Source: Mizuhopecten yessoensis (lineage: Eukaryota). From it: a stretch of DNA of 62,857 nucleotides. A program made the position numbers and the translations under genes. The notes under the pieces are model-generated. The model did not search any database. It was not told the DNA's origin and saw only the letters and a list, made by a program, of their open reading frames with translations. Shown piece after piece: positions 1 to 13,100 of this stretch (the stretch's first letter is position 1; the number at the start of each line of letters is the position of its first letter). Location: contig NW_018408801.1 of assembly GCF_002113885.1 (NCBI RefSeq), positions 1 through 62,857 of the forward strand, written 5' to 3'.

Positions 1-229
1 GTATAGAGTTATATGTATAGGTAATACTGTATAGGTAATACTGTAGTAATAGGGTGAACATGTCAGCAAATGTCCCAGTATATACATTATGTATGTAGTA
101 TTCCTCTTTAATTATTTTATTTTGTTTATATTTTATAGATGCTTGAAAAATAAACAAGATGTCTTCTATATTAATGCTGCGATTGTCATTACTTCCTTTT
201 TAATTGTCATCTGGGTAATTAATAAAGAC

Positions 230-347
230 ATTATTGATTGGTTATTTCTGTATTGGCCAAGTTATTGGTCCTTGGCCTGCTACATTGGCCTGAGGCGAGG
301 CCTCGGACCAACAACTTGGCCGCTACAGAACTTAACCAATCAATAAT
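230..347. mobile_element. Foldback/MITE-like inverted repeat (~50-bp arms, ~19-nt loop)
   Basis: 230-278 ATTATTGATTGGTTATTTCTGTATTGGCCAAGTTATTGGTCCTTGGCCT is the near reverse complement of 298-347. Confidence 0.6.
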
Positions 348-1001
348 ACTATAGTGTTGAGAATATGATGATTTAAATTTATGTATTTTTATTTTTAACA
401 TCTCCATGTACCTTCTGTGATATCAATATCTATTTTAAAAAAGCACCCATTTTTTTCATTATGCTCGTAAATAAACCATGTGTTTTCATTATAAAATCCC
501 CGGTTATTTCTTTTAGAACGCGGCAATAATTTGATTTGACCCAGATTTGACCCAGCCTGTTCCGCCTGACTCAGAAGACTTTTCCTATCCTGGAACACCT
601 GCTTTTATACTTCTTCACCTTCCTTTTCTTAAGGTATTCGTGTAAATCCTTTTCTCGCTATAGTTTCGTCGATTTTGAGTTCAAATCTCAGTTATATTGA
701 CACCGCGGTGTTTTATCGTCTTATGACTGCCATTCAGATACCTAGAGTTTTAAGCCTATTTCGAAATCACCTGTTTGTAGTTTAATATCCAAAGAATGGG
801 TACACATACCCAGCGTTCTGGTATTGACGAATCATGTATGAATTACTTTATGTTTTACAGTAAACGTGCATGATATCAGATTTACAGTACAAAAAAGCAT
901 AACTTGTAATAGACATTCTTCAAATCTGCTTTAATCATTCATAAACATAAAAAATAACAAAAACGGAACAGGACTATTCAGTTGAGGAGACGAGTAGTTG
1001 T

Positions 1002-2226
1002 TTAGTAGACGAGACCTCCCTCTGTAAGAAACAAGATGTATCATCAGTAATGAATAGCCTAAGAATCCTCATAATACCATTTAGTCTTCTAAATATAGAG
1101 ACTTGGTTTTCATATTAATGTACTCATAAATTAAACCTCTAATAAATTCATCATGATAATCAAATACAGAAATATTCAACATAATACCCTTTTAAATGAA
1201 ATCTCTAATAATTTAATCATGCTTATCAAATATAGATATATTCAACTTAGTAAACTAATAAAATAAACCTCTCATAAGATTAATCGTAGAAAGATATCAC
1301 TAATAAATTAATCATAATAATAAAACATAAAAAAATATTCAACCAATACAGTTCAAAAAGCTAGTTGAAGTAGGTTTTGCATTAATTATCCTTTCCTGTA
1401 TGATATCAATATTAACGTTTAGACGGATGCTTTTCTATTTCTATAATTCTTTCCGCATGTTCAGTTTTACTGATGCCAGGGAACCATACGTACTTCCTTT
1501 GCCAAATCCACGACCTCCCAACCTTATGCCGCCTCCGAATCCTTTACCACCACCGTATGATGGATATGCATATCCCACATTTCCATATCCGCCACCCATT
1601 CCTCCGTATCCTCCGCCTCCGATTCCGATCATGTTTCCACCATATCCCTTTCCGTAGGAGGATCCGACGAATCCGCCTTTTCCTCCCCAGTTGCCTCCCT
1701 TTCCATAACCATTTCCCCATCCGTTGCCGCTGCTGATGATAACATTTCCTCCTTTTCCGTATCCGCCATATCCCATGTTTCCTCCGTAGCCCATGCCTTT
1801 TCCACCTCCAATGATGAGTCCTCCTCCGTAGCCCATGCCTTTTCCTCCTCCAATGATGAGTCCTCCGTTTCCTCCCCCGTATCCACCATACATGTTTCCG
1901 TATCCCTGACCGCCATAGCCTTTGCCATAACCGCCATAACTGCTAATCATACCTCCATAGCCTTGACCTCCGTAGCCTTGACCGCCGTAGCCTTTACCAT
2001 ATCCGCTCTGGATGAAACCGCCGCCATAGCCTTTACCATAACCGCCATTTCCGAAGCCACCGCCAAAGCCACCGCCATTTCCAAAACCACCGAATCCTTT
2101 ACCATATCCGCCACCGCCTCCTGATACGATAATGGTACCACCTTGGCCGCCGCCGCCGCCGCCATAGAAGGAGGCGCAGGCTACGCCCACCAAGGCAAAG
2201 AGGACTGCGATTGAGGCGTTCATCAT
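1002..2226 (-). CDS. Secreted Gly/Tyr/Lys-rich structural protein (shematrin/chorion-like), ~250 aa; coding exons 2226-1494 and 1021-1002
   Basis: Signal peptide MMNASIAVLFALVGVACA, then a mature chain that is about half Gly, has 7 YGKG motifs and no Asp/Glu. Acceptor TTTCAG lies just before the ATG (exon starts 2237). The phase-1 donor A|GTACGT at 1494/1493 joins acceptor TTCTTACAG|1021 to give the C-terminus ...GRGFGKGKGGLVY*. ATTAAA at 935-930. Confidence 0.88.
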
Positions 2227-2338
2227 GTAGATAATTTCTGAAACAGTACAATAGTTCACTTTATCATAAAGGATTGCACAGTACAATAGTCCATCCTCAA
2301 CTTAATGACAAATAAAGGATTCATCCTGGTTTATATTC

Positions 2339-2540
2339 CTAATAGGGACTTCTGTCAAACATCCTTATATATATATAACAAATACAGTATTAAGTCAAAC
2401 ATCCTTGTCCGTATACTTAATAGAGACATCAGTCAAACATCCTTAATAGAGACTTCAATCAAACATCCTTGTACGTATACTTAATAGAGACTTCAGTCAA
2501 ACATCCTTGTCCGTATACTAAATAGAGACTTCAGTCAAAA
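2339..2540. repeat. ~38-bp tandem repeat in intron 1 of the Gly-rich gene
   Basis: Recurrent unit TTAATAGAGACTTCAGTCAAACATCCTTGTCCGTATAC, with some copies truncated. Confidence 0.85.
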
Positions 2541-3705
2541 ATACAGGTATATATAACTAAGAGATGATTCAGTTAGTCATACAGGACTTTAGCCCTAAAC
2601 AGGAGGTGATCAAACATCCTTATCTATATAATCGAAATAAGACTCAGTCACCCATTCTCATCAACTAATACAATTGATCGCTATGTCACTTGTAATTCAA
2701 AAAAGGTTATACAAATTTTTTACCTATAACTATAGGTACCGATTTAGGAAAAACTTTGATTTGTACTAGAATCATTAATAATGCCCCTGTATTATGTTAA
2801 TGTATGTAAAAATAGCGAAATAACAGCATGTGCGTCTGCACATTATGGTATTGACCATGCAGGATGAGTTATATATATATAAAAAATAAAGCTATTTAAT
2901 CAGTTTTCTTTTGCATACGATTTTTATCAAAGAAATTCTATCATTTAATTGGCTAACACTGTGAATAAATCTTAGAAACAAAACCGATTATTAGATTTAA
3001 ATAACAGGTACGTTAGTATTTCATTTAAACAAATTAAATACAAATTCATTTTATCATTCAATACAATTCGTCGAAATTTATACTGTAGTCAAAAATCTTA
3101 AAACAGAAAGTATATAGCCCAGCTTAATTAGTCGAACCCTTAACTTAAGTAATGTTATATCTACTTTAAGTAGTTTGAATTTTAACTTAATGAGTCCAAA
3201 ACCTTACTTACTAAAGCAGCATAAACACTAATTTGTCAAGACCTTGCTTTAGTAGTCATATATCTAGTTAAATTAATCTTGAATCGAACGTTAGAAGTCA
3301 CAAATTTAACGTTAGGATAACTGAAAGTAAGTAAATTCTGATATGAACAATATCTAACTCAATACCAAATTGTGAGTTTTACAGTAGAAGCTTTGATAAA
3401 TAATCTCACTCTGAGACAGAATCAATGAAATAGTGGGTTTATAGTGTAGACATCGGTAATCTTAGTACACCATATTCATAAAATTGTTCTAGTGTATGTT
3501 GAATATAAAAATCTGTCAAAATGTGTCCTCTTAACAGAAATTTAACAACATTCTACTACAATTGAATTTCGAACGAAATAATTTGAACACAACCTTGATT
3601 TTTTTTAAATGAAGCCCAAAGTATACATTTTCCAACTAAGCTACTTAGGATTTACCGAAATATAGGAGTATGTTACCGACTACTGTTACAAATAAGTGTA
3701 CTTAC

Positions 3706-3764
3706 GTGCAGGATAGAACAGCTGGAGTGGAGTGCTACTACAGTGCGCACACACAGTATATATA
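3706..3764 (-). promoter_or_regulatory. TATA box (TATATATA 3764-3757) and short non-coding exon 1 of the Gly-rich gene
   Basis: The TATA lies ~25-30 nt upstream of a pyrimidine-rich start region that ends in the donor CAC|GTAAGT at 3706/3705. This pairs with the acceptor at 2239-2238. Confidence 0.6.
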
Positions 3765-6700
3765 CAGGTCTTTGACGTTTTAATGGTTCAATCAAGATTC
3801 GTCTCACTGGACATCAGGATAACCTTCGCCGGAACACGGAAGGTGTGATGACTAACCGCAATCAACAATGACCGGTGACACTCCTATATGCTAATGCAGG
3901 TATCTGTGTCCAAATGTGCATTGACAATGCAACAATCAACATCAAGTGATGAGCAAGCGATGACAAGTTTATTGCTGACGTATGTGAAGCAGAACTCAAA
4001 AATATATCTGTCTGTCAATCAGTACCCAGGAAACTATATCGATTACATGCCATTCATCTTCACTATAGTTCTTTTTGCCTTGACAAGTTGTCACATAGAT
4101 ATTATTATTAGCGACATGCTTACTGACCGAGAGAAACATGATTACTCGTGGTGCAGTCGTCACTGGGGTGTTTGACAGAATTGTTGACAGCCGTAATTAG
4201 ATTATTAATAAAACTCTGAGCCAAAGTTATATTGATGTACATTTTTGTTCTCTCGTACAAAAAGTTTGATATTTTATAGCTGAAAAAGATCATCCACGTT
4301 CTGGAATAAATGATCACCGTAATTTAATTTAAAATGAAAGCACTATAAAATCAGTCGCTCAGAAAAAGTTAGCAACAATGACAACCGGAAACGAAGACAC
4401 ACCAAAAAAACCCCGGGAGATGTCATTGTCCCTTCCCCAATTAAAAAAGTAGGAAGAAAAAAGGAAGTGATGTAAGGTGTCTAGAAGAAGAAATGAAGGT
4501 GCTTATACTACAATGTCTAATTCATTATCTACACTGTCAGTAAGTCATTTGATTTCTGTCGGATCATGATAGACATCAATTATCATTCTTTTCCATAATA
4601 TGGAAAATGAAAATGTTTTTGGTGTATTTAACCTTGCCTAGACGGTCATCAACATGTTGTTAGCTGACCGAATATTGTATTCATTTGAAGAGTAAGAAGG
4701 TCGTCTCCGTTCATTTCTCCGGGATAATCATGTTAAAGACCTTTCAGAAGCACACGTGCTTTGAATTGGTGTCAGTCTGGATGTAGTATTTACAATGGGA
4801 CAAGCCTTAAAATAACCCAAGTGTCAATAGAACCGTAATTCTAACACTAGGTCAAACTATGATGAACTGTTTTTAACAAAAACGGATGTACATAAGCTGT
4901 TACAATTTATTTTTTAAGACATTATCCATCAGAAATGGGATGTATGAGGTAGCTGTTAATCACAGTACATTAAGAGGGAGGTGTTAGTATGCGCTTAAAC
5001 GATAGTGCCGTATGAATGTTGTATCAATAGCGTATTCATGTTAATCAGTGCAAACTTTTCAGCATCCAACATAACAATATTATCAATGGAACATAACCAA
5101 TATAAAATGTTCAGCACCCGACATGACAATGTCATGCTTGGAAAATTACAACCCCTATAAACTGGACATAGATCAGCTTCTAATTGGCATACTAGGTATT
5201 AGTTCATCAGGAAAAGCTCGTAGCATTCCCTCTTTCATTTACAATTTTGATAATAAAAGTACCAGCTTTCCTTTTACATTAAGTTATATCATGCATAAAA
5301 ACAACGTCAATGTAATTATGATGAAAAATTATTTCAGCTGAATGATACTAATCCCATATGATCTTATTTGACAAAATACAAATATCTCTTTTGTAATCTA
5401 TTATATATTTTCAATTTTGTTGAGAAAATATTCTTAAGACTGATGGCAGTGACAACTAACGATTTATGACGGCATTAACCTGACAAATATTTTTTTCAAT
5501 GTTGTTGGTATTTTTGTGTGCTTTCATACCTTTGAATCAACAAATAAACCAATATTCGTCCATCTATCATTAGATGTTACTAACCCATAAACTAAATTTA
5601 ATCGTGAAATTTCCCTTTCTTGACAGTAAAATCCCTAGTTCCCCGACCTACGATGTTTGCCAGTCGCAGTTGATATGCTATTAACAAGTGCCCGAACATC
5701 CGTCATCCATGAAATATTTCAATGGTTTCGAACTTCCAAGACGTGCAGATTAATGAAGATTTTGGATTACTTTCATGGTCTCCATTGTAGTCTAATAACA
5801 AATAACTTTTATTCATTATACGATATGTTGACTATGTTCATTAGTTTGTCCTGTGGATTAGTTGTCAGAACCCTGGTTCTCAGTATGAAAATGTCATAGT
5901 AATTCATTTTACATAGATAGATATACAGGGCAATTGTTGTCGATGAAGCAAAACTGGCTCATCTTTCCGGAACACTTGGTTATACTCTCCTTTTACCTGT
6001 GGAAGGGGCTCCGTGTACATGTTCATTGATCAGTGACCTCTATTTACAGGTAACAACTCTTTGCTCTTGTTTTAGTTTGAGTTCGAATTACGTTTATTAC
6101 ACTACGCGATATCCTGACTTTTGTTTCATTTTGTTTTATTTTTTTTATTCAGAGCAAAAAAATCATTATAAAAAATTATCCAATGGAAGAATAGTACTTT
6201 TCAAACGTTTGTGGCATATTATTGACGGCGTTTGTTTATTTCGTTTTAAAACATCAATTGATGTAAGGAATATTTATCCTTTTTTGAAGAAATCTTTTAC
6301 TACTTTGCACTGTCAAATGCTATGGTTTTATGTATATAACAAACAAATATACCAGTATACATCACGTATACATACGTTTGGAATGTTTTGGCAACCATTT
6401 GACTTTCTCCCCCTAACTATATAGGAGGAATTTTGTTGTTTCCTCGTAGAAGTAATTTGCTTTCTCTTGCCTTATTGTCGATATGGTTCCATTTATGCAA
6501 AACATCCCAAAGTTGAAATACCGCTTTTTTCGTGAACACTTTGTGATAATAATCACCGTCATGATGTGTGAATGATATTCTTTCTGTGAACTTCACATGA
6601 ATTTGATAGAAAGACAAGAATAATTTACGGTACAAAAAATAATAAATGATTGGAACAATTTTGTTTCCTATTGTCTCGAAAAATAGTAGCTATTTGCAAT

Positions 6701-8018
6701 TCTAGTTGTGTTTCAAGCTGTCCATCCTGCAGTTTTAGCAATATAAAGGACCAGATTATCATTCCTTTCTTATTCGCTTGAAAGCAATGAATTTTTGCAA
6801 TAGTTGGAAATAGTGTAAGAACAGCAATGCGGTTTAATATATGCAGTGACATCTATATTTTACGTATGATGTGTGAGTTTCGCACCACATAAATATCAGG
6901 TCCGTTTCATCTCTGTGGTTTTTCCTAGTCATTGCTGGTCTTACATATGTCATCGCACATAAACGCGCGGCCTACTTACAGCTTTAGTGCCGCCATCAAT
7001 CACAGCTGACCGACGAATACTGATGACGGAGCATTCAGAATCGTATATATATATAGCGATCGCACTACATGTAACTTTAAAGTGTTTGTCAAATGTTGAA
7101 GATTGCACGAAACGATTAAAGGATTTTAAATTGGTTTTACTTTTTCTAAAGCATACTTTAAATACCTATGCACTTATGCACTAAAACTTATCAATATTAT
7201 AAAGAAATTTGACTGATTTCGTTTATTAAAATTACGATTGATTATCAACATTTCATTACTATATTTACGACCCAAAACTATGTAAGATAAGGAATAACAA
7301 ACCTTAGCGTTTTTTATCTTTTGGGTTGAAAATTATTTGACGTGCAACCATGTCGTTTAAATTCGCAAAACATACACGTAAAAGGTAGATACCATAAAGG
7401 CACGAACGATAACTTTATAATTAATGATGCACCCCTTCACTTATGTTTAGATTAAATTTATTTGTTTATGAATCGTTATTGAAACATTTAAAACCGTAAA
7501 AGAAGAAACTTTGAGCCTAAAATGATATAATTAGATAGAATCGGTCCTATTTTATAATATATAAATAACCACTATAAGAATCCACATAGCTTACATGAAA
7601 TTCAATTTGTCGAATAACTGCAGTTCGTTTAGCGTTTATCTATGTATCACTTCTCTAATTATATAAGGTTTCGTCGAATTATCGAAATAGTGACAGATTC
7701 ATAATAACAGGTGGTTGAATCTGCTGGTCGACTACGAGTACCCGAGTTTTTTTCTTGCACAGTTTAAATGAAATATTGTTTCAAGAAAACATAATCAGTT
7801 GTATTCAAACGGTGTTGATTTGTTAGGTGACTAACTAATAAGTGGACAGCTCCCCCAGTTTGCTATATGAATTATAAGCTTATATATCGATGTGAATGTA
7901 GAACACGCTATCGGTTTTATTTTTGTTTCTTTCTTGATTCTGTTGTCATCCGTATTCTCTTGTCGCTCCTCTTTGAGAATTATGTAAACACCTGTTACCA
8001 GGTCATATCATGTACAGG

Positions 8019-8213
8019 AGTTAATTTAAAGCATTCCAATTATACGGAATGTCTCTGTCATACATAGAAGTTAATTCAAAGCATTCCAATTATACGGAAT
8101 GTCTCTGTCATACATAGATATTAATTCAAATCATTCCAATTATACGGAATGTCTCTGTCATACACAGAAGTTAATTCAAATCATTCCAATTATACGGAAT
8201 GTCTCTGTCATAT
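8019..8213. repeat. 50-bp minisatellite, ~4 copies
   Basis: TATACGGAAT recurs at 8041, 8091, 8141 and 8191. Each unit contains CATTCC-N8-GGAATG. Confidence 0.95.
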
Positions 8214-10035
8214 ATTCCTTGTCAATCGATCTATTGATAAAGGTACATGAAATTAAAATAAATATCCTACATTGCTTAGCTTATCCAGATATAATCTTTT
8301 TAATACAAAAAGTATAAAGAGTGAATAGTAGACGGCTCCATGTTCATACTATATGACAATGTCGACAGCCACCTTTCCACCGTTATTGGACTCTTATTGA
8401 TAGTTTTGACTGAATTTTCACCAGAGCTAGGGTCAACAGTCAGGTTTTCGGGTGTTATATTTCATCGTGAAATTCACGCGTGCACAACGCTTACAGCATA
8501 ATCATGACACAGGCATAAACATAGTCAAGAATACCTCTGCTCGCCGTTTCGAAAAAAACAACCTTTTTTAATTGTTGGAAGCAAAGCGCCTTTCATAAGT
8601 GTAAACGATTCACTGACCAAAACCTATTGATAAGTTCAGCACACCTGTTTTATAGCGTGCAGCATGTATTGCACGAAGGTAAATATTCTATTTACCCCTT
8701 CGTGGTCATGACGTTTTAACTATTGCGTCCATTAAAGTAACCTTTTTTGTAAAGCACAGACATTTGAGGTCTTTTTCATGTAACGTTGATTCCTTTTTGT
8801 CAGCTTTTTTATTCAAAAGCACCAACAGTTATAACATAAAATATTTAACTCTAAACAAAAAAATGCATTTTCTTACAGATCTATTGGAGTATTCTAAAAC
8901 ATTTGAGTCTTTTAATTTGAATGGAGGTCAATGTATCATTTTTTCCGGGGAAAAGCAATTATGTAATTCCAAAAACACCTTAAAAATGATTTGGAAGTGG
9001 TAAGGCATATACAATGTACAACAAAATAATGTACATAGATGCGCAGTGGCTATAAGGACGAGATTAATTGTATGCTACTCTTGAGATGTTTTGTCGTTAT
9101 TCTACCTGACTCCAGTATAAAACGTACAAAACCCGACCCTACCGCCTTTCTCCCTCTCCTTGTATTGGCTTGACTATACTGTCAGACAAAATATATCAAT
9201 TTGTTTATTAGAAAAGCAGTCATTTAATACCTACAGACCAATTATCAAGATCAAGATCTGGTGTCTTTTGTCTTCAAAAAGGAACTTAACAGAACAATTG
9301 AATAAAATTGGAGAAACATTGAATGTATTCCGTTTGTATTTACTCTTTTCTTTTACAACTTTACTTTTTTAACTCTTCATATTTTATGCTTCATGAAGCA
9401 AAAGAAGCTAACCCTTCCGAAACACCTGGTCTTATTATTCTTGTACTTGTACTTGTTCAAGGATATCCATTTAAAACTTTCTCCTGTTCATATTAAGCCC
9501 TAGTGTTTTCGATTTCGAGTTGTAATTCTTGATATTGTTTTAAAGATATAATTAGTTGCCAAGTTGTAGAAGTACGAAAAATCCACCACTGTTTAGAAAT
9601 ATACAAATCGACGTGTACAAATTCAGAATACTCTAATTGGTATAGAAAATTTCACATTATTTCCTGAACCAATCTCGAATAAATTTCTGTTTAGAGTATA
9701 TGTAAGTCATTTTCACACTTTTTAATTTCAACATATAATATTTAGGCCTCCGATTCTATCGGTGTGTTTTTTCCAAAACAACATGAATGTCAAATGTTAA
9801 AATTTGGTCAATGTTTCATTAATTAAGGCCTCAAATATCGTTGTCCAATGCTAAAATTTGGTATTCCGTGTATTTCACTTCTTCTACTAGGTCGCTGTCG
9901 CTGCCAGTGGATCCTATGTCCCCGTGGGGATTATCAACATATAGTTTGATTTATCGACGTAATGAATATAAATACCATTATGATATTCGAAAGAGGCCCA
10001 GGCTATAGATAGAAACCTTTGGCACACTCTCGTAC

Positions 10036-10124
10036 TTGAGTTGCTTGTTCCGTACAAACTCTCACATTTGAGTTGCTTGTTCCGTACAAACTTTCACATT
10101 TTATTTTTTTGTTCCGTACAAACT
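10036..10124. repeat. 32-bp tandem repeat, ~3 copies
   Basis: GTTCCGTACAAACT at 10047, 10079 and 10111. Confidence 0.85.
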
Positions 10125-13100
10125 TAACTAATTATTAAGTTTTATTCTTCTACTTTATATAATGATAATTATAAACTTCATAACACTGACAAATCACTTA
10201 TAATCACTAACGTTTTCCTTTCCAATGATTAGGATATGTATGTGGCTTTTATCTCAAGCCACATCTTCTTAGTCGAATTATAGATGGCCGGTGGTCACCT
10301 TCACTTATTGTTACAATTGTTTTATTAATGTTTTTGTTTAAAAGAGAACTTAAGCATACAAAATTAGCATTAAAATTTGGTTTTGATATCACGAAACCTC
10401 CTATATTTTGTGAATCTTTTACTGGAATGATAATGAAAGCTAATTTATACAGATATGCTTGTGGCAATCCCGAGGAACAATATAACAGAATATCGCTTGT
10501 TTGGTTACCTTGTAGTCTTAGATGATGCACGCCGATTTAATTAATGACATTGCAAATGTCCATGCTATACCTTTTCCGCATTACCTTCACCTCGGCCATC
10601 CATAGCTTAGGTATAACATTCTTACTGACAAACAACGGAGTGTCGGCCAGGTGACACGTAATGGCCTTCAGTATCACTGCTGTCACGGTGATTGTTCTCC
10701 CTTCGGACAATCGTTGTAATGGTCAGTATAGTGTTGGTCAAGGTAAGTTTAGTGTTACAACCTAACCGTCCAATATACATATTATGTTACTATCAATCAA
10801 GTAGGGGTTCACTGCCAGTAAATATATTTTCAGGGTTGTAACAATAAACACAACTGGCGTCAGGTCACTTGTATACGATACACATCTTTCCCGAGGCGAC
10901 TTTACCGAGGACATATATTTGATGTTTGATAGGAGGCATGAATTAATAACACCGTACGTCATTATCACTGCTTATCGTGTTCAATATATGATATATATAC
11001 TTTTTCATATTCAATATTGACATCGCCATAATTATAATTATAGAATAATAGATTAACATACTCTTAAAAACAATTAATCAATTATCCATGACAATGTTTC
11101 CACGAAACTTGCAAAGTGAATAGATAAGTTGCTTCTGTAGGTTCTTAAGTCTAAGACACATTTCTGTGTTTGAAACTTTTGATAAATATGATTTAAATGT
11201 AATAAATGACAACGATTGACACTTTATTCAATTGAAGTAAAATCGATCGGTCATTACATTCGAGTATCCTTGCTCTGGTACATCACAGACATTTTTGACT
11301 AACAATATTTACAACTGAATTTTTGAAAGTATGATATTTTTTTCTTTTAATGTAACAACATAATTATCGAATGTTATAGATTGTGTAAAACCAATATAAG
11401 GTATTATGTTTGAATGTTTTCCAGCGTTGCGGTTCATACAGATCTTTTGAAATTTTAAGCACATAAAAAGGCCACATGTCAAATCTATTTTTATGTTGAT
11501 TCTGATGTTACCTGTTAGAAGTACCGTTTCCTGTATTGACAAATATGTTGTTCCAAGGACTATTTCCGGCCCGGGCCAACACGAAACCAAGACACCAAAT
11601 AACCCGGCCAATACGAAAAAGGAAGTTACTGTTACTTCATTAGTTAAATATTGCCTTTATGTGTAAAAAATATCCTTTATTATTGTATTTCTATCTTTAC
11701 TGTAACATTTGTGTGTAAAGTCAAATAGTATACACCTATCGAACGTGGAAATTATGCCAATATGACGCCCAATTGATGTACTTTTCTAAGTGAGCAGACC
11801 TCAAGCCTTATCGGTGAGCTTCCATTATAAGACAGTTGCAGACCTATTTAGTAGATAGGTATTTGCTAACCGTATGACTGTCAATAAACAGGTATTTAAT
11901 TAATAATGGATTAGCGTACCACTGCGTTAACCTGAATCGCCCATGGTATATGTGTATTGTTAATGGGAGAGGGCAGATGTTGTATGTTTGAGCATAGAAA
12001 GCATGCCTTACACCGAATAATGTTTGCAAATGAACCACACTTGTTATACAAAGTAAAAAGTCATTTGATTGTTCATTAAGACTGGATTGTAAAATGCCTA
12101 TATTTGCATTACGAACTTAACAGATGACAATCTAACTTATTTGAGTAGAGTTGATGAGATAAGCTTTATTTTGAATTTTAATTTGCTAATACAGCCAAAG
12201 GCGACACGATGTGAGCATCGTCTGACTGTCATCATCTAACTCCTATTTTTTTTCTCATAGTAGGGAGGGTCGTACAGTTTCAAAGCAACACTTTATTGCG
12301 TCCAACTTCCTTCCTACTTTGATGGAAACTATGTTGCCTTTATACTTATATAGGATACATACATGGGATTTCGTTTACTTTTTTTTGTTATTATGTTTTA
12401 TTAGCAAATCGACTCTGGCTATGAAGTATGATTTTATATCATTTGGATGGAAGCATGCATTTCTAGAATGGACTTTTTATTGCTGCATTTTTTGTTGTGT
12501 TGTTGTGTACTATTTTAAGAATAGTTAGGCTACACATTATAAATAGAAATTAGGATGGTTCTTTTAAATGCTTTTTACGAGGACAATACAAGCATTAAAA
12601 TGTTTTGAAAAAAACAGACGTGATTAACAAAGATAATGTTATACTTCACTGTGTAATTGCAGAATCTGCCCCAAGATATGTTTCTTCAAGTTTATAATTT
12701 ACGATCTTTACGTACATCTGTGTTATGAAATGAAACACAATTTTGCCATCTGACGTTGAAGGATCCCATGAATAACAGAGAGTTACCATAGGAAATATAT
12801 CAACTGATCTCTGGTTGTTTTCAGTCAAAATCCCGTTTCCTGAAGCTAATGTGACACCCATTATTACATCTCCAGTCAAACTCATGAAAGTATATAGGTC
12901 TCCAATAAACAAACCCACTCTACATGTGCATATATCAATTCATTAAACTGGAGATCCTGTAGTATAATTACTTCATGGTAGTTTTAAGTTTCTCGAGAAG
13001 AGAACTGTCTATATCAAATATGTTAACTCCATCAACAGACCGCTCCTATGAGGGGAAGTAAGTATGCTACTACTGATTAGGGAAAGCAGGTATGTTACAT

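Noticed and set aside
395-730. 67-aa minus ORF next to the foldback hairpin
   Set aside because: No recognisable domain; probably decayed element interior.
1441-1455. C-terminal RKEL as an ER-retention signal
   Set aside because: It does not fit [KRHQSA]-[DENQ]-E-L and probably lies in an intron.
1400-1736. Pro-rich and other plus-strand ORFs (1400-1657, 1473-1736) and alternative-frame minus ORFs
   Set aside because: They are shadows of the Gly-codon-rich minus-strand CDS.
2227-2286. N-terminal extension MYCAILYDK... in the ORF track
   Set aside because: It spans the acceptor at 2239-2238. The real start is the MM before the signal peptide.
8019-8213. CRISPR-like appearance of the palindromic repeats (also 62080-62857)
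   Set aside because: The units are contiguous with no unique spacers, there are no cas genes, and the context is eukaryotic.
12646-12920. 90-aa minus ORF with possible splice sites
   Set aside because: No recognisable motif and no partner exons; it lies downstream of the giant gene's poly(A) signal.
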